Source: Catajapyx aquilonaris (taxonomy: Eukaryota). Taken from it: 64,000 nucleotides of DNA. A program made the position numbers and the translations under genes. The stretch's first letter is position 1, and every line of letters begins with the position of its first letter. This document shows, piece after piece, positions 43,312 through 54,610 of the stretch. Below the pieces are notes generated by a model. That model was not told the DNA's origin and made no database searches. It was given only the letters and a program-made list of their open reading frames with translations. The stretch is taken from contig KZ538209.1 of assembly GCA_000934665.2 (NCBI GenBank), forward strand, positions 1 to 64,000, in the 5' to 3' direction.

Positions 43312-43370
43312 CAGGGGTGGGCAAATTGCGGCCCGCGAAGACAATTTGTGCGACCCGCGCAAAAATTTCG
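43312..43370 (+). mobile_element. hAT (Charlie-like) terminus
   Basis: tagac|caggggtgggcaaattgcggcccgcg with repeated cggcccgcg-like motifs; the other end is not resolved. Confidence 0.6.
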
Positions 43371-43838
43371 GTTTCCCTCATGTTCATATATATCAGATGA
43401 ACCGGTGTGAGATGAGGAACATTACTATAATAATAACCAGATGACCATGTACTCACCATATTAAATTCACACTCCTAGGATGTGTTTAACCATTGAACCA
43501 TATTAAATATGCCCATTTTGCACAATAACGCGAAGTTTTTTGCATTATTATTTTACGCGTTAGGTTAAAACTGTTGTCACCAAAATGTTCCTCATCTCAC
43601 GCCGGTTCATTTGATATAATATATGAACACGAGGTTACAACATTAACTCCAGCGTTGCAGAAAGACGTTGCCATTTATCCGTGGGATTTTCACCTGGGGG
43701 GGGGGGGTGCTCTCATTTTGTTTTTGGCAACATCTTATGTGTCTGTACGTACATGATTTTTTATATCAAAATGTGACATGGTCGAGCCACCAACTTGTCC
43801 CTCTTGGCATGGAATGACCCAACTGCTTAAAAATACAA

Positions 43839-43902
43839 CAAGTTAATAGAGGTTGTAGATTTTTGCAATTATTGCAAAAAATCTACAACCTCTATTAACT
43901 TG
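43839..43902. repeat. Near-perfect palindrome (31-bp arms)
   Basis: caagttaatagaggttgtagatttttgcaat-t-reverse complement, with one extra A. Confidence 0.95.
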
Positions 43903-43912
43903 AACACCATGT

Positions 43913-44076
43913 ATGTAAAATGCTATTATTCTTACTTCATCAATTAATATATTAATGTTCATAATACTAATTTCACCACTAGGTATTATGTTTCTATTGC
44001 AATGCAGTAGTATTAAGGCAAGAGAAATGATTAAATTAAATTAATTGTAATAAGTAAGAATAATAGCATTTTACAT
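43913..44076. mobile_element. AT-rich MITE
   Basis: 25-bp perfect TIR atgtaaaatgctattattcttactt / aagtaagaataatagcattttacat. Confidence 0.75.
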
Positions 44077-44148
44077 TCTATTTTTAATTTTTGGAAAAGA
44101 CACAATATTCAAACACAACTAAAGACGGGAATAGAATACTACGTACTT

Positions 44149-45063
44149 GGGTGATTCTCCAAAAACTTACCAACACCATGTCCCGGCATAATGACTCAAA
44201 AATGGCTTGACTGAGCGAGTTGATTTTTTAAACATTTTGAGAAGCAGTTGACACCTAGCCATCCCCAAGAAAACAAAGAAAAATATTAAATTAAGTTTTA
44301 CTGCAAAAAATGTCAAAGGGCCTAAAATCACTATTCTTGGCATGTCCCGATCTCATTTTAAAGCATGCTATATTTTCTTAAAATTTTATTATTAACATTA
44401 GACAAGTTTCAATACTATAATTAAATTGTACATAGTTGCAGGTATAAAACAACATTTTTAAAACGATTTATTCATTTGATATGACCTTGCTGCATCACTC
44501 CAAAGTGTGTCCCGAGTTTTCCCGGAAATAAAAAGTTCACACTCCTGGCTCATTTTTCTATGTCACAAAATAGCTTAAATATTTTGAAATACCTGTGATT
44601 CCATGGCATGAAGGGTCTTCTTGAACCCACAGAAATTTCCATAGACAACGTTTGTTCTGGACCGTGATATTAATCCTAATGCATCCAAAGGTCACTTTCT
44701 CCCGGAAATTAAAAGTTCACACTCCTGGCTCATTTTTCTATGTCACATAATAGCTTAAATGTTTTGAAATAACTGTGATTCCATGGAATGAAGGGTCTTC
44801 TTGAACCCACCGAAATTTCCATAGACAACGTTTGTTCTGGACCTTGATATTAATCCTATTGCATGCATAGGTCATTCTTCTGGCTCCCTAACTCCTGGAA
44901 ATATTCACTCTCCTGGCATTAGAACATCAGAGTTAGTTCTCCATATTTTTTCCTGATTTGTGACCTCATATAGAGTAAGTGAGAATTTTTCCAGATTTTT
45001 AAAACAAGTTTTGAAATTGATTAATTCTTGCTTTGAAAATGGTAAGTTTTTGGAGAATCACCC
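44149..45063. mobile_element. Sola2-like non-autonomous DNA transposon
   Basis: 24-bp perfect TIR gggtgattctccaaaaacttacca, GGG...CCC termini, 4-bp TSD actt. Confidence 0.85.
44521..44880. repeat. 180-bp tandem repeat x2 inside the element
   Basis: Blocks starting at 44521 and 44701 are near identical. Confidence 0.97.
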
Positions 45064-46481
45064 ACTTATTTTATCTACATGGTTGCTGTTTGTTAACTAA
45101 TGATATCATTCAATCGTATTATAAAGAGTGCTCACCATATTTCACGGTCTTTCCAATTATCCGACTACAATATTGTAAGCAATTAATTGGAGGGTGCAAC
45201 TAATCAATATAGATCCAATATTTATGATGGATTGAGCAATAGAATGACACACAGGTCGACGACTGTATAGGGTATTATTTGCCTTTGCACCACAACACGT
45301 CAATTGTTTTGCTCTATCGTTGACTAATAGTGACTATAGTTATTATTCCCTGTATAAGACTCGCTGAGCATTATTGATCTGGTGGAATTCTTCTAGTTCC
45401 AGTAATCACCGTCTTTAATGATACCCCTCACGTAATAGTGCATATTGGGCTGGTAAATACTTAATATAATTAGTTCCATTGGGGTCACCAACATTTAGTA
45501 TGTGTCTATTGGGGACAGTTGCAGTATAACCACCAGGAAACCTTTAACAAAGGAAAGAGAGTTTCGGTTATCTAAGTGATTGCTAAAATATAACATGGTC
45601 ATCTCATCTCAATGCTTAATGCTGACATGCACCAAAATAACGAGGCATCAATATTTTACATACGTGTGGCAGTAAAGTGAAAATGTATGCCTTGTATACG
45701 TACATACGTACAAAGAACAACCTTTCACTTCATCTTCAACATCTGGTCCAATGCAAGAGTGAAAGAATGAGAAGATCTTGACAGACAAGAGAATCATCTT
45801 CTGAAGAGATGGTTAGTGATGAAATTTGAGATAATTATGATGTGCACAATCTTGGGGCCCTTAGTGCAGCCTTTGATTCAAAAAAGAGGGAACATCTTTG
45901 GAAGTGTGTCCTCTTGCACAAAAGAGGCAAGTGGTCCCTTACAGGTGCTGTAATGATCCAAAATTCGACTGAAAATTGACAAAATTGACGAATTACATAA
46001 TAATGTAGCAAAGAAAAACTATTCATTTTTCGAAATAATCATACGAAGCACTGATTTGCGGAACATTCAGTCACATTTTGGGCATACTAATCAGTTAGGC
46101 ATTTTGTAATAGCTTTCAACCTGAAGTAGTGATGGTCAAGCCAGTGTTTGGATGGAGTTGTGAGGCTGCAAAAATTAGGGTGGCATGGTTACCCCTAAGG
46201 TCCTGCGTTCGATCTCCTGGTCGAACAGAAAACACTCTCATGCGGAACGAGTTTTGAAATATATGTTCTCTCCGTGTTAGCGTGGCTTTTCTCGTGGTTC
46301 TTCCGTTTCCTCCCGCTCTCCAAAAATCTTTCCCCTCCCTCCCCTATGCCAGACAGCCTTCGTTGCCCTGTCCCCCTCCCCCAAACCAACCTGTACGAAT
46401 ATTTAAAAATAGTCCCATAAAGCATCCATAAGTTTTAAAACAAAATAGTCGTAACTAAAAGTTGTTCGAATATGATTATGG

Positions 46482-46922
46482 CATCAGCGTAGGTAGCAAA
46501 AATTTCGGTGGGAGGCCCATTTCATAAGCACTAGTAGGTGAACAATGGGCAAAGGGCGGGGGTTCAAGGTCACACGAGCTTAGGTGAATGAGGGAGATTT
46601 GAATGGGACAGTGGCGGATCCAGAATTTTTCTGGGGGGGGGGGGGGTGCACAAGGGTATATTTGGGGTCGCGACCGCAAAATGGAAAAGAACCCATAGAA
46701 CAGTACAATTTTGCACTGTTCTACAACAGGTTGTAGAGGGTTGTAGAGAGTTTTTGCGAGTCCCCCCCCCCCCCCCNNNNNNNNCCCCCCCCCCCCCCCA
46801 CCCTGGATCCGCCATTGTGTGTATTGATGAAATTGGCAGCACTTGTTCCAAAAAAATCATGAATTAGTAATCTCTAAGGCTATTTCAAACATTTCGAGGT
46901 GCCCCCCCTGTCTACGTCAATG
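46482..46922. mobile_element. Degenerate outer MITE (hAT-like)
   Basis: Weak TIRs catcagcgtaggta / tgtctacgtcaatg; direct repeat attatgg on both flanks. Confidence 0.5.
46609..46817. mobile_element. Inner MITE with poly-G/poly-C subtermini
   Basis: cagtggcggatccag...ctggatccgccattg; contains an N gap. Confidence 0.85.
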
Positions 46923-48559
46923 ATTATGGTGTTGTGCAAGTGAAATACTGAAAAATGCATAAGAACATAAATATCATCTCAGATACAGACTAGCCGCCCC
47001 TTATCACCTGAGGTCCCAGAAGTACGAAACGACCTGACTATTGTGCTACATCTCTTTCATCTCCGGAAGGAAAATGTGGAAGCCTTTTTGAAACTTTTTG
47101 CCATTTATTAAGCAGACTCACGTGGCAATTTTTCCCTTTCTTCTAAGATAAGTAGTGACCGTCATGAATATTCAATCCAAGCCCGAGTCCATTTCCAAAC
47201 CATTCCCTCCCGGAAAGCAAGTGGGTACTTCAAAATCCTCCGAGCGAGTGGATTTTTAATTTACTATGCCAGTCACAAGGGCGACTGTCGGAAGAAATGC
47301 CGACGGAGATCTGTGTGGGTGGGTGGGTTGGTGGGTGGGTGTGGGTGACTTAGTAGAAGGGGCAATAAGGCGGTTCCGGCAGAGCAGAGAAGAGCTAAGG
47401 AGAGGATTTAGTGGAATAGGTGAAGTTTAGAGTTTTATACTCTTGTCAAGTGCTTCTTGGGAGCATTAATGGCTGCTGGGCAAGAAAAAGATTTACTCGC
47501 CCAAATACTTTTTTGGGGGGAGAAAAAGGGGGATGGGGGGGGGGGGGTTTACTGCACTGGATGTGACATGAGTGCAAAACCGCAGGACATGTTCCGCATA
47601 CAAAGAGAAGCCACCTAACGGCAATTAAGCAGCTTCAGACAGACTTGGTCTTGTGCAAAGGAGTGGAAATCTCTCTTCTTTAAGATAAACATTATTGATG
47701 TTTTTAAACTTCAAGCATTAAGCGCAACATTCTTAATGTAATAATAGCAAAAACATTCCCTTCAGTGAAAAAAAGGGCTGTAAGACCTCCGTGGCGGAAT
47801 GAAAGTACTGAAACAAGGCAGGCGCACGTAAGACCTTCGCCAATTGATTTAAGCTGTACCATAGGTCTTACTCAAACAATTTCCTACTCATAATCTCCTT
47901 TCTGAAAACAATTTGCGGAATTTTCGTTGTCCGTTATAGCGGTTATAGCCAAATCGTCACGCAATGAAAACAGAGATTTCTGCTTTCCATATGGCTGCAA
48001 TATGCACTACTAGACTGCATAATGAAATCTGTCAAAAATGCAATATTAGCTCACCCGAAAATATTATGCAAGACCAAAATATCCGAAATTTTCATCTGCC
48101 GTCTCCTTTGTGCAAATTTTATAACTGGAAAACTGTATTTTCCCAGGGCCAAGAAATGGTGTGTTATACCCGAGGTGAGGTGAAAATGAGTCTGTTAAAT
48201 CAGGAGTAAAATACACAGGGCCTTATGGAAGAATGCCGGGGCCGGCCTTTATAAACAAAAGTCTGTTATATCCGGATTCAACTGTAATAAGTACAATCTG
48301 TTCACCCCAGTGCAGCGGGGTAGCATTTCGCTAACAATGTGGCGAGGTGGTAAATAATAATTGAAATTGATAGGTGATGTAATCATGAAGTATTTGATAT
48401 TTGATGGAAACAATTGGTGAAAAAATCATCATTTCAATCCTGCAGCAGGTGGAACTGTGAGGTTTTGAACATAGATTCGCACGATCTTACTGCGCATTCG
48501 GCCCTTTGATGAAGAAACGAAATTCCGAATCATTATTGAGCAAAAAAATAGAAACATAT

Positions 48560-48804
48560 TTTTAGTGGTTTTTAATATTTTGCTGCGTTTTGAAGAGGAA
48601 TTGAATTTAGCTATAAAGAGTAGGAATGCACTTCACAACGGCGGAGATCTGTGTTCAAAATTTGGAAGCTCTATCTACAGCAGCACTTGAGTTAGGGCGA
48701 ATAAAAAAACGTAACAACAACAACAACAACAACAAGAACATGTTGGAAAAATTCATTGTTGAAATGCTACGCTACGGTCTTATTTAGGTGCTACCGCCCC
48801 TAAA
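48560..48804 (-). mobile_element. Possible Helentron-type (HINE) fragment
   Basis: Terminal imperfect hairpin ttaggtgc-tacc-gcccctaa next to an A run, with a nearby (AAC)n tract; left boundary arbitrary. Confidence 0.35.
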
Positions 48805-49130
48805 ATGTGTGTTATTTGTGAAATTGCATACATATAAATCGGCTCTAACACTGCATACAAGCGCTCATGTTGTGTGAAAAGCCGCGCGTTGAATTACTAG
48901 GAACTGTAGCACTTTTCCCACAGATTTGGTACCTAATAATAATTATTACGATTTTATTAAAACTTGATACATGTAGTGACCATGCTTACCTTATGTTTTT
49001 AAAGCATAATTATAATTATGAGAGAATGAATATTGTTTTCCCTCAGGCCTTCAGTTCCTGTGCAAACCCAATATACTGTAAAGACTAAAGAACTGTAGGA
49101 CTTGTACAGTCCATTATAATATGGCTATAT

Positions 49131-49483
49131 TTTTTATTTTTTATTATTTTGCCCCGTGATACAACTGTAAGTCGTTATAGGGGGTGGGCACCACCATCAG
49201 TTTTTCAGTGTATATAACTTTTCTTCTCTCACCGGTGCAAGGAAACAAGGAGACAGTAGGGATAGGGATTTTTGGGGAGAGAACATGAGTGCAAGTGCAA
49301 TGTCTGTAAAGGGGTCATGTACTGTTCCCCAGAAGGTTAGGTTGCCAGACACCTCATCCAAGGCGCGGGTCAGATACCCTCCTGACGCAGGTGAAGGGGA
49401 AATCCCTGCAGGCGGGGATCGAACCTGGGACCTTTCACTCAGCAAGCCGAGACGTTACCATTTCGGCCACCACACCTCCCCTT
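49131..49483 (-). mobile_element. Full-length tRNA-derived SINE
   Basis: Minus strand: A box tggccgaaatgg, B box ggttcgatcc, A-rich tail; 14-bp TSD taatatggctatat (49117-49130 and 49484-49497). Confidence 0.93.
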
Positions 49484-51686
49484 TAATATGGCTATATAGA
49501 CACACTGCCAGACTACTCGCTATTTGCGATTTCCAACTCTAAAAATAATTTGTGTTATGCAGAAAACTATTTCAGAATGCGCATGAAGTGTACTGTACAG
49601 TACATCTTATTACACCATTTGTCGCCTCTGGGTTCTTCGAAATTACGTACCCTTTCTTCTCCCCTCTAAATTATGAAGACAATACTGTCACTTGCAGACA
49701 CTAACTTTTAAAACCTATCTTTATTTTGTTGCTCATTCAGCTGAGAAAAGCTCGTCAAGTCAACAGGAAAATATCGGCTCCTAAGGCAACCCCCTAGGTA
49801 GTTAACTCCAATAATTTTCTCTAAAGAAGGAAATTCTGCTTGTTAAATTTTAATTTTGCAACATATTTGATGCCAGATTGTTATACAGATATCTAAAACC
49901 GCACTCTCCATTCTAGGTAAGCACATGGCATGGGGGGTAAGTTAAGAAAATCCATCTAAGAAAACACTACAATTTTCATTATTTTTTATCACCTAAAACA
50001 CCAGAAGAAATAGGACCATCTTATGTGTATAAGTTTCCTCCGGCCTGAACATAACCTCCATTTTTTTCTCTCCTCCTTCCAAAATCCTCTTTCTTCACCA
50101 CCGCAGTCCCCATATACAGTAATTTTGTACACGAGAGGTATTTTACAATCTCGTAAGCACAATGTACCCGCTGCTTCCTGTGCCCCAGTTTCTTCCAGTC
50201 TTACAGAGCGACTTAACTCCGTTAAGGTGGTGCAGTTTGGAAGTAGTGTATCTGCTGGAGTCGGCCACAAGTCGTCCATCAGTTGACAGATAATGGCGTG
50301 CAGGAAAACCTTGCAGCTAACTCCTTCCTACGTCCCCTCAAATGGGACTCTGCGGTTAAGACCCCAACGGCTGCAAGTAGCACCAGGGTTTAGAGGGGGG
50401 TTTTTGGATGGTGAAAAGGGGCGGGAGGAGAAGGAGGGAGAGGGAAGAGTGGGGAGGTTGCAGCCATTCCTGCCCATAATTCGCCGCGGAACCTTTATGG
50501 ACCTGATGGCGGCCACATTATGCGTTGCCCAGCCGAGTGCCCTCGTAAAAAATCCAAGGTAATATCCATCTCGCCCTGCTGCTAGGATGTGTGGCCATCA
50601 TGAAAAAAAGATCCTATTTTTTCTCTCTCTTGGTAATTCATCCTATCATTGTTGCCATTAGTAAAGCCTGCTAGAACCAATCTATAGGATTCAACCTGAG
50701 TGCGTGATTGTGCAGTCCTAATACTGAAAGATGGTCATGTGCTGGAGATTTTGATCTAAACCCGGCGTCAAATTTGACATTACCTCCAACCTGTAACTTG
50801 ATAAGTTTTTAGATGTTATTCAAGAATATGCTGTATTAGTTTGAAACCATGTGCACTGCCTGGTGTCCCCTTGTAAGCATCAGCAGGGTAAAACAGGAGA
50901 GGCACAACGGTTAGCTAACTCGCAGGATGAAGTGTTGCAGTTATTTTTCATAACTTGCACTGTCATTATTATTATTATTATAAGATGGGTAACCCATGAT
51001 GAAGTGAATTCTCCGCCATGTTTATTGCTGTGCAACGATATTGATAAAAATTGCAATTTTAGAAAATAACCTTTAAAAGGACGGTACGATTCTTGCAGTT
51101 CATTGCTCTTTTACTTGTATCATACAATTACGGTATATCGATGGTAACAGACTCAGCTGCCTCCTTTGTCCCCGTTTCTTCGCCGCCCACTCAAACTTCC
51201 GTTCCCACGAAAAATCGCTCGAAGTTCTGGCCCCAGAGACCCGATGAGATGTGTGCTCTTTCATCGCATCGCTTTGAATGGCGTTCAATTATTATGCCCC
51301 CACTGCACTGCACTGATGTCAAGATTTCAGTGGAAGAAAGGTATGCAAAATACCAATCAATCAGTCGATCAACTGGACTACTAGCAGGTTACCAGGCGTT
51401 CTTAATTTTTTATTTTACAAGGGCAGACTTGTTATAATAATTAAGTAGTGTCAAAATCCGGTATATATTTTTCATATACGTGAGATATAAATTTTAGTAA
51501 AGTGACAACTTTCGTGATTGTCCTACAATCCACATAAATGACAGCCGCCACAGCAATTAGAGAAACTTTGATTTACCTGCCCTGCAGCACTAGAACTTTC
51601 ACAATAAAACACATTTTCACATCACTGAGCAGGAATCACTAAAAGGTGGCATATAATTATCGTACATGCCCTACATTGCATAATTA

Positions 51687-52901
51687 CAGTAAAACCTGTC
51701 AAGTTGGACACCTTAATAAGTTGGCCACCTCCCTATGTTGGACATTATTTTTGGAACCGTCAAAAAGCCCATCCCTTGCAATGCTGCTAAGTTGGACACT
51801 TTTTCTCCTCTTCAGTTGAACAAGTGCAGTACAATTTTCACAGTAATTGAGGCGTCTTCTTCCAAAACCCGACAAATCCAATTTAAAAAAATAGTCAAGG
51901 GTGGAAATAATTAATTATGTTCTTCAAGATATGCTTCATTAAAATAATGACGACAGAATATTAAGCAAACATCGACAAATGCGACTGTATAATGGCCCGA
52001 AGAAAAATGGCCTATCATGCAAAACCCGAAAAATGCAGCGTCAACAGCTCCAGTTATCATTTGATTTCTTTCGTGCCCATAGTGCACAAATCCACCTCTA
52101 AGCTACACATGGCACCACATTGAGTCATGCTATCTCACGTACGTATTCTTTATCAAGTCAGCCATCTGTGCATTCAGACTATACAGTATACAGGTTCCTG
52201 TGCCGAGATGGACGTGCCGGACGAACCCGTGGCGGGACCCAGGTAAATGAAGACTCTATATACGTAAATATACTATCGATTTTGACAGTTTTGTGGGTTG
52301 ACCCATTATTGCATAACACCGTCCATAATATGTAGCAGATGGACTTGGGCCGGTCTTGTAATATTAATTAGCTTCGGCACCAGAGCCTTTTCTCAATTAT
52401 CTCGGAACCATTTTGGATTTATCGGGTTTTAGAAGAAGGCGCCTCGATTACTCTGTGCGTTTATGTTCTTCCTTAAAAACTGAACCATGCTGAGGTCTGA
52501 ATACATTTTGTGAAGCATGCCTGAGTCATTTTAGCAGCGCAAGATTATTGACCAAATTTTTGCTGTCAGAGAGACAATAAATATTGAAATTTCTCCAATT
52601 AGAGACAGGGTGATAAATTAAAAGCAGTCACTTGTTACCGATTTTTAAATATCAAAAAGTAGGTCAGTTTCAGGAATAGTATGTAGACTGTACCAAAAAT
52701 AAATAAATACATTGGCATGCATTGAAAGTTGATTACTGGTAGAATACTGTACACTTGTACGGTCCTTACTTTGAATTGTACTCTACGTAAGTGTGATCTA
52801 CAATGAAACCCGAGAGACTGAAGTCCTAATAAGTTGGACACCTCCCTATGTTTGACATTTTAAATGGAACCATCAATGTCCAACATATACAGGTTTTACT
52901 G
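51687..52901. mobile_element. pogo/Tigger-like non-autonomous element
   Basis: TA|cagtaaaacctgt...acaggttttactg|TA; repeated aagttggacac subterminal motifs; ~50-bp direct repeat near 51715 and 52827. Confidence 0.82.
51849..52445. mobile_element. Sola-like element nested in the pogo-like element
   Basis: ~33-bp TIR gaggcgtcttcttccaaaacccgacaaatccaa (3 mismatches), GAG...CTC termini, flanks aatt/gatt. Confidence 0.75.
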
Positions 52902-53671
52902 TACTGTTACTTTTTCGTAATTACCTTTACCACCTACAAAATCATCTCCAGCTAGGATTGTCATGTTGTTTGTTTGAATAAACTTCTGCAATAATTTTCT
53001 GCATAACGGTAGTGTTACCAACTCTAGGGCAGTCAGCCTTAAAGCTCTGGTAGAATGAAATGGTGGGGTCTGTGGCATGGCTTATATTCCTCCAGGGTAT
53101 AGCTACACTCTACCTAGGCTTGGTTAGCGACAGTAATGGGGCAGGACAGATTAAGTAATATGCGGTAAGCTGTGGTAGGGTCGCACTTAAAATGCAAGCG
53201 GGTTTCCTTTTTCCAGGTTAGGCAAAAAAAGCTGCATCAGCAGCATCCGTATCCAGATTAAAAATTCATGGCGTTCCTTTCCGCCTTTTCCTGGCGGCTG
53301 GTCGCCAAGAATCCATTTCCTAGCTGCGTGCAAGGCTCCTAATTGGCCCCTAGGACCAGAGCCGGTCCTGGATAGGGTTGCTCTCTTTCCCTTTCCGCCC
53401 TGATGGGGACTCACTCCAGGTCTAGCTAGCTAGGACCCCACTTCTCTTTTGGGTCCGGCCTTCCGCCGACCAGAAGCCCATTAGTGCTAACAAGAAGCCA
53501 TTTGAAACTGCCGCGCTTTGATGCCCACCCGCACTCAACCTAGGCTCTACTGTACTCCCGACATCTATACATGAACAGGGTATTACCTAAACTAGAAGAA
53601 CATATTATGCTGACTCACAATGCATCTGCATGGTTTTTTTCATGGAATTATTGAGCTGATCTAAAGTAGCT

Positions 53672-53760
53672 TACAGTATAGGTAGCCTACACTCTACAGT
53701 ATAGGTAGCCTACACTCTACAGTATAGGTAGCCTACACTCTACAGTATAGGTAGCCTACA
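53672..53760. repeat. 23-bp minisatellite, ~4 copies
   Basis: tacagtataggtagcctacactc repeated; a degenerate copy continues to ~53807. Confidence 0.96.
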
Positions 53761-54314
53761 TTATAATTATGCAGCCTATACAGTATAGGTAGCTTACAAC
53801 TCACAGTCAGTAGACTTTACAAATTCCCACAATAGTAAAATACATTACAAATGTGAGTGTTTAACAAAAAAAATATATTGGAAATTCAGACCGTGTAATA
53901 ATCAAAGTGAAAGGGGCATATCAATATCCTGAGAAAGGTGAAAAATAGATCACATTGTTGGCACGAAATCTGCCCTCGATGTATGTGTGAAATACGGCGA
54001 TACATTTCGCACGCCCCCTTTCATTTTTTTTGAGAAATGGGGAACAATTCACCGAATTTCGAAGACGGAAAAATCCTCGCGAGAAAGCACTAAAACGAAT
54101 CGTAAATTGGCAAAGGAAATTGGGAAGCAATGTTGGACTTCCTGCAGGCATCTTTTCTCATGCCGGATCTCAGCGATTTACATGTGAAAAGCCTTCAAAT
54201 TGCGTGCCTGTGAGGAAGAAGGATCAATAACAACATGACCAGCATCTCGTTCCATCATCAATTCCTAGCTCCAATTTTTGTACAGTACTTTTGAAACACA
54301 GTTATTATGTAGGC

Positions 54315-54610
54315 CAGCTGTTCCTAAAGTGGGTTCCGCGGAAGGATCATCAGGGTTCCGCGAGTCAGTTAACTCTGCATAAACTTACATTTTCATATTT
54401 GAATATGCCGCGTGCGAATCCAAAGTTTGTTTAATTTGAAGTCATCATTTTGCGTGCTCAACTCAGTAAAAGTTATAAAAAGTAAAAACATTACTAAATA
54501 TTTGTTTTGCATGTTAACAATTACTAGTTAAATTTTCATTTGGTGTTGGGGTTCTGCCCAATTAGTGATTCGTTAAGGGTTCCACGACTCGAAAAGTTTG
54601 GGAACCGCTG
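54315..54610. mobile_element. hAT (Charlie-like) MITE
   Basis: TIR cagctgttcctaaagt / agtttgggaaccgctg; repeated gggttcc subterminal motifs; 8-bp TSD atgtaggc/atgtagag. Confidence 0.88.

Noticed and set aside
53672..53807. CRISPR-like array
   Set aside because: Head-to-tail repeats without spacers, no cas genes, eukaryotic context.
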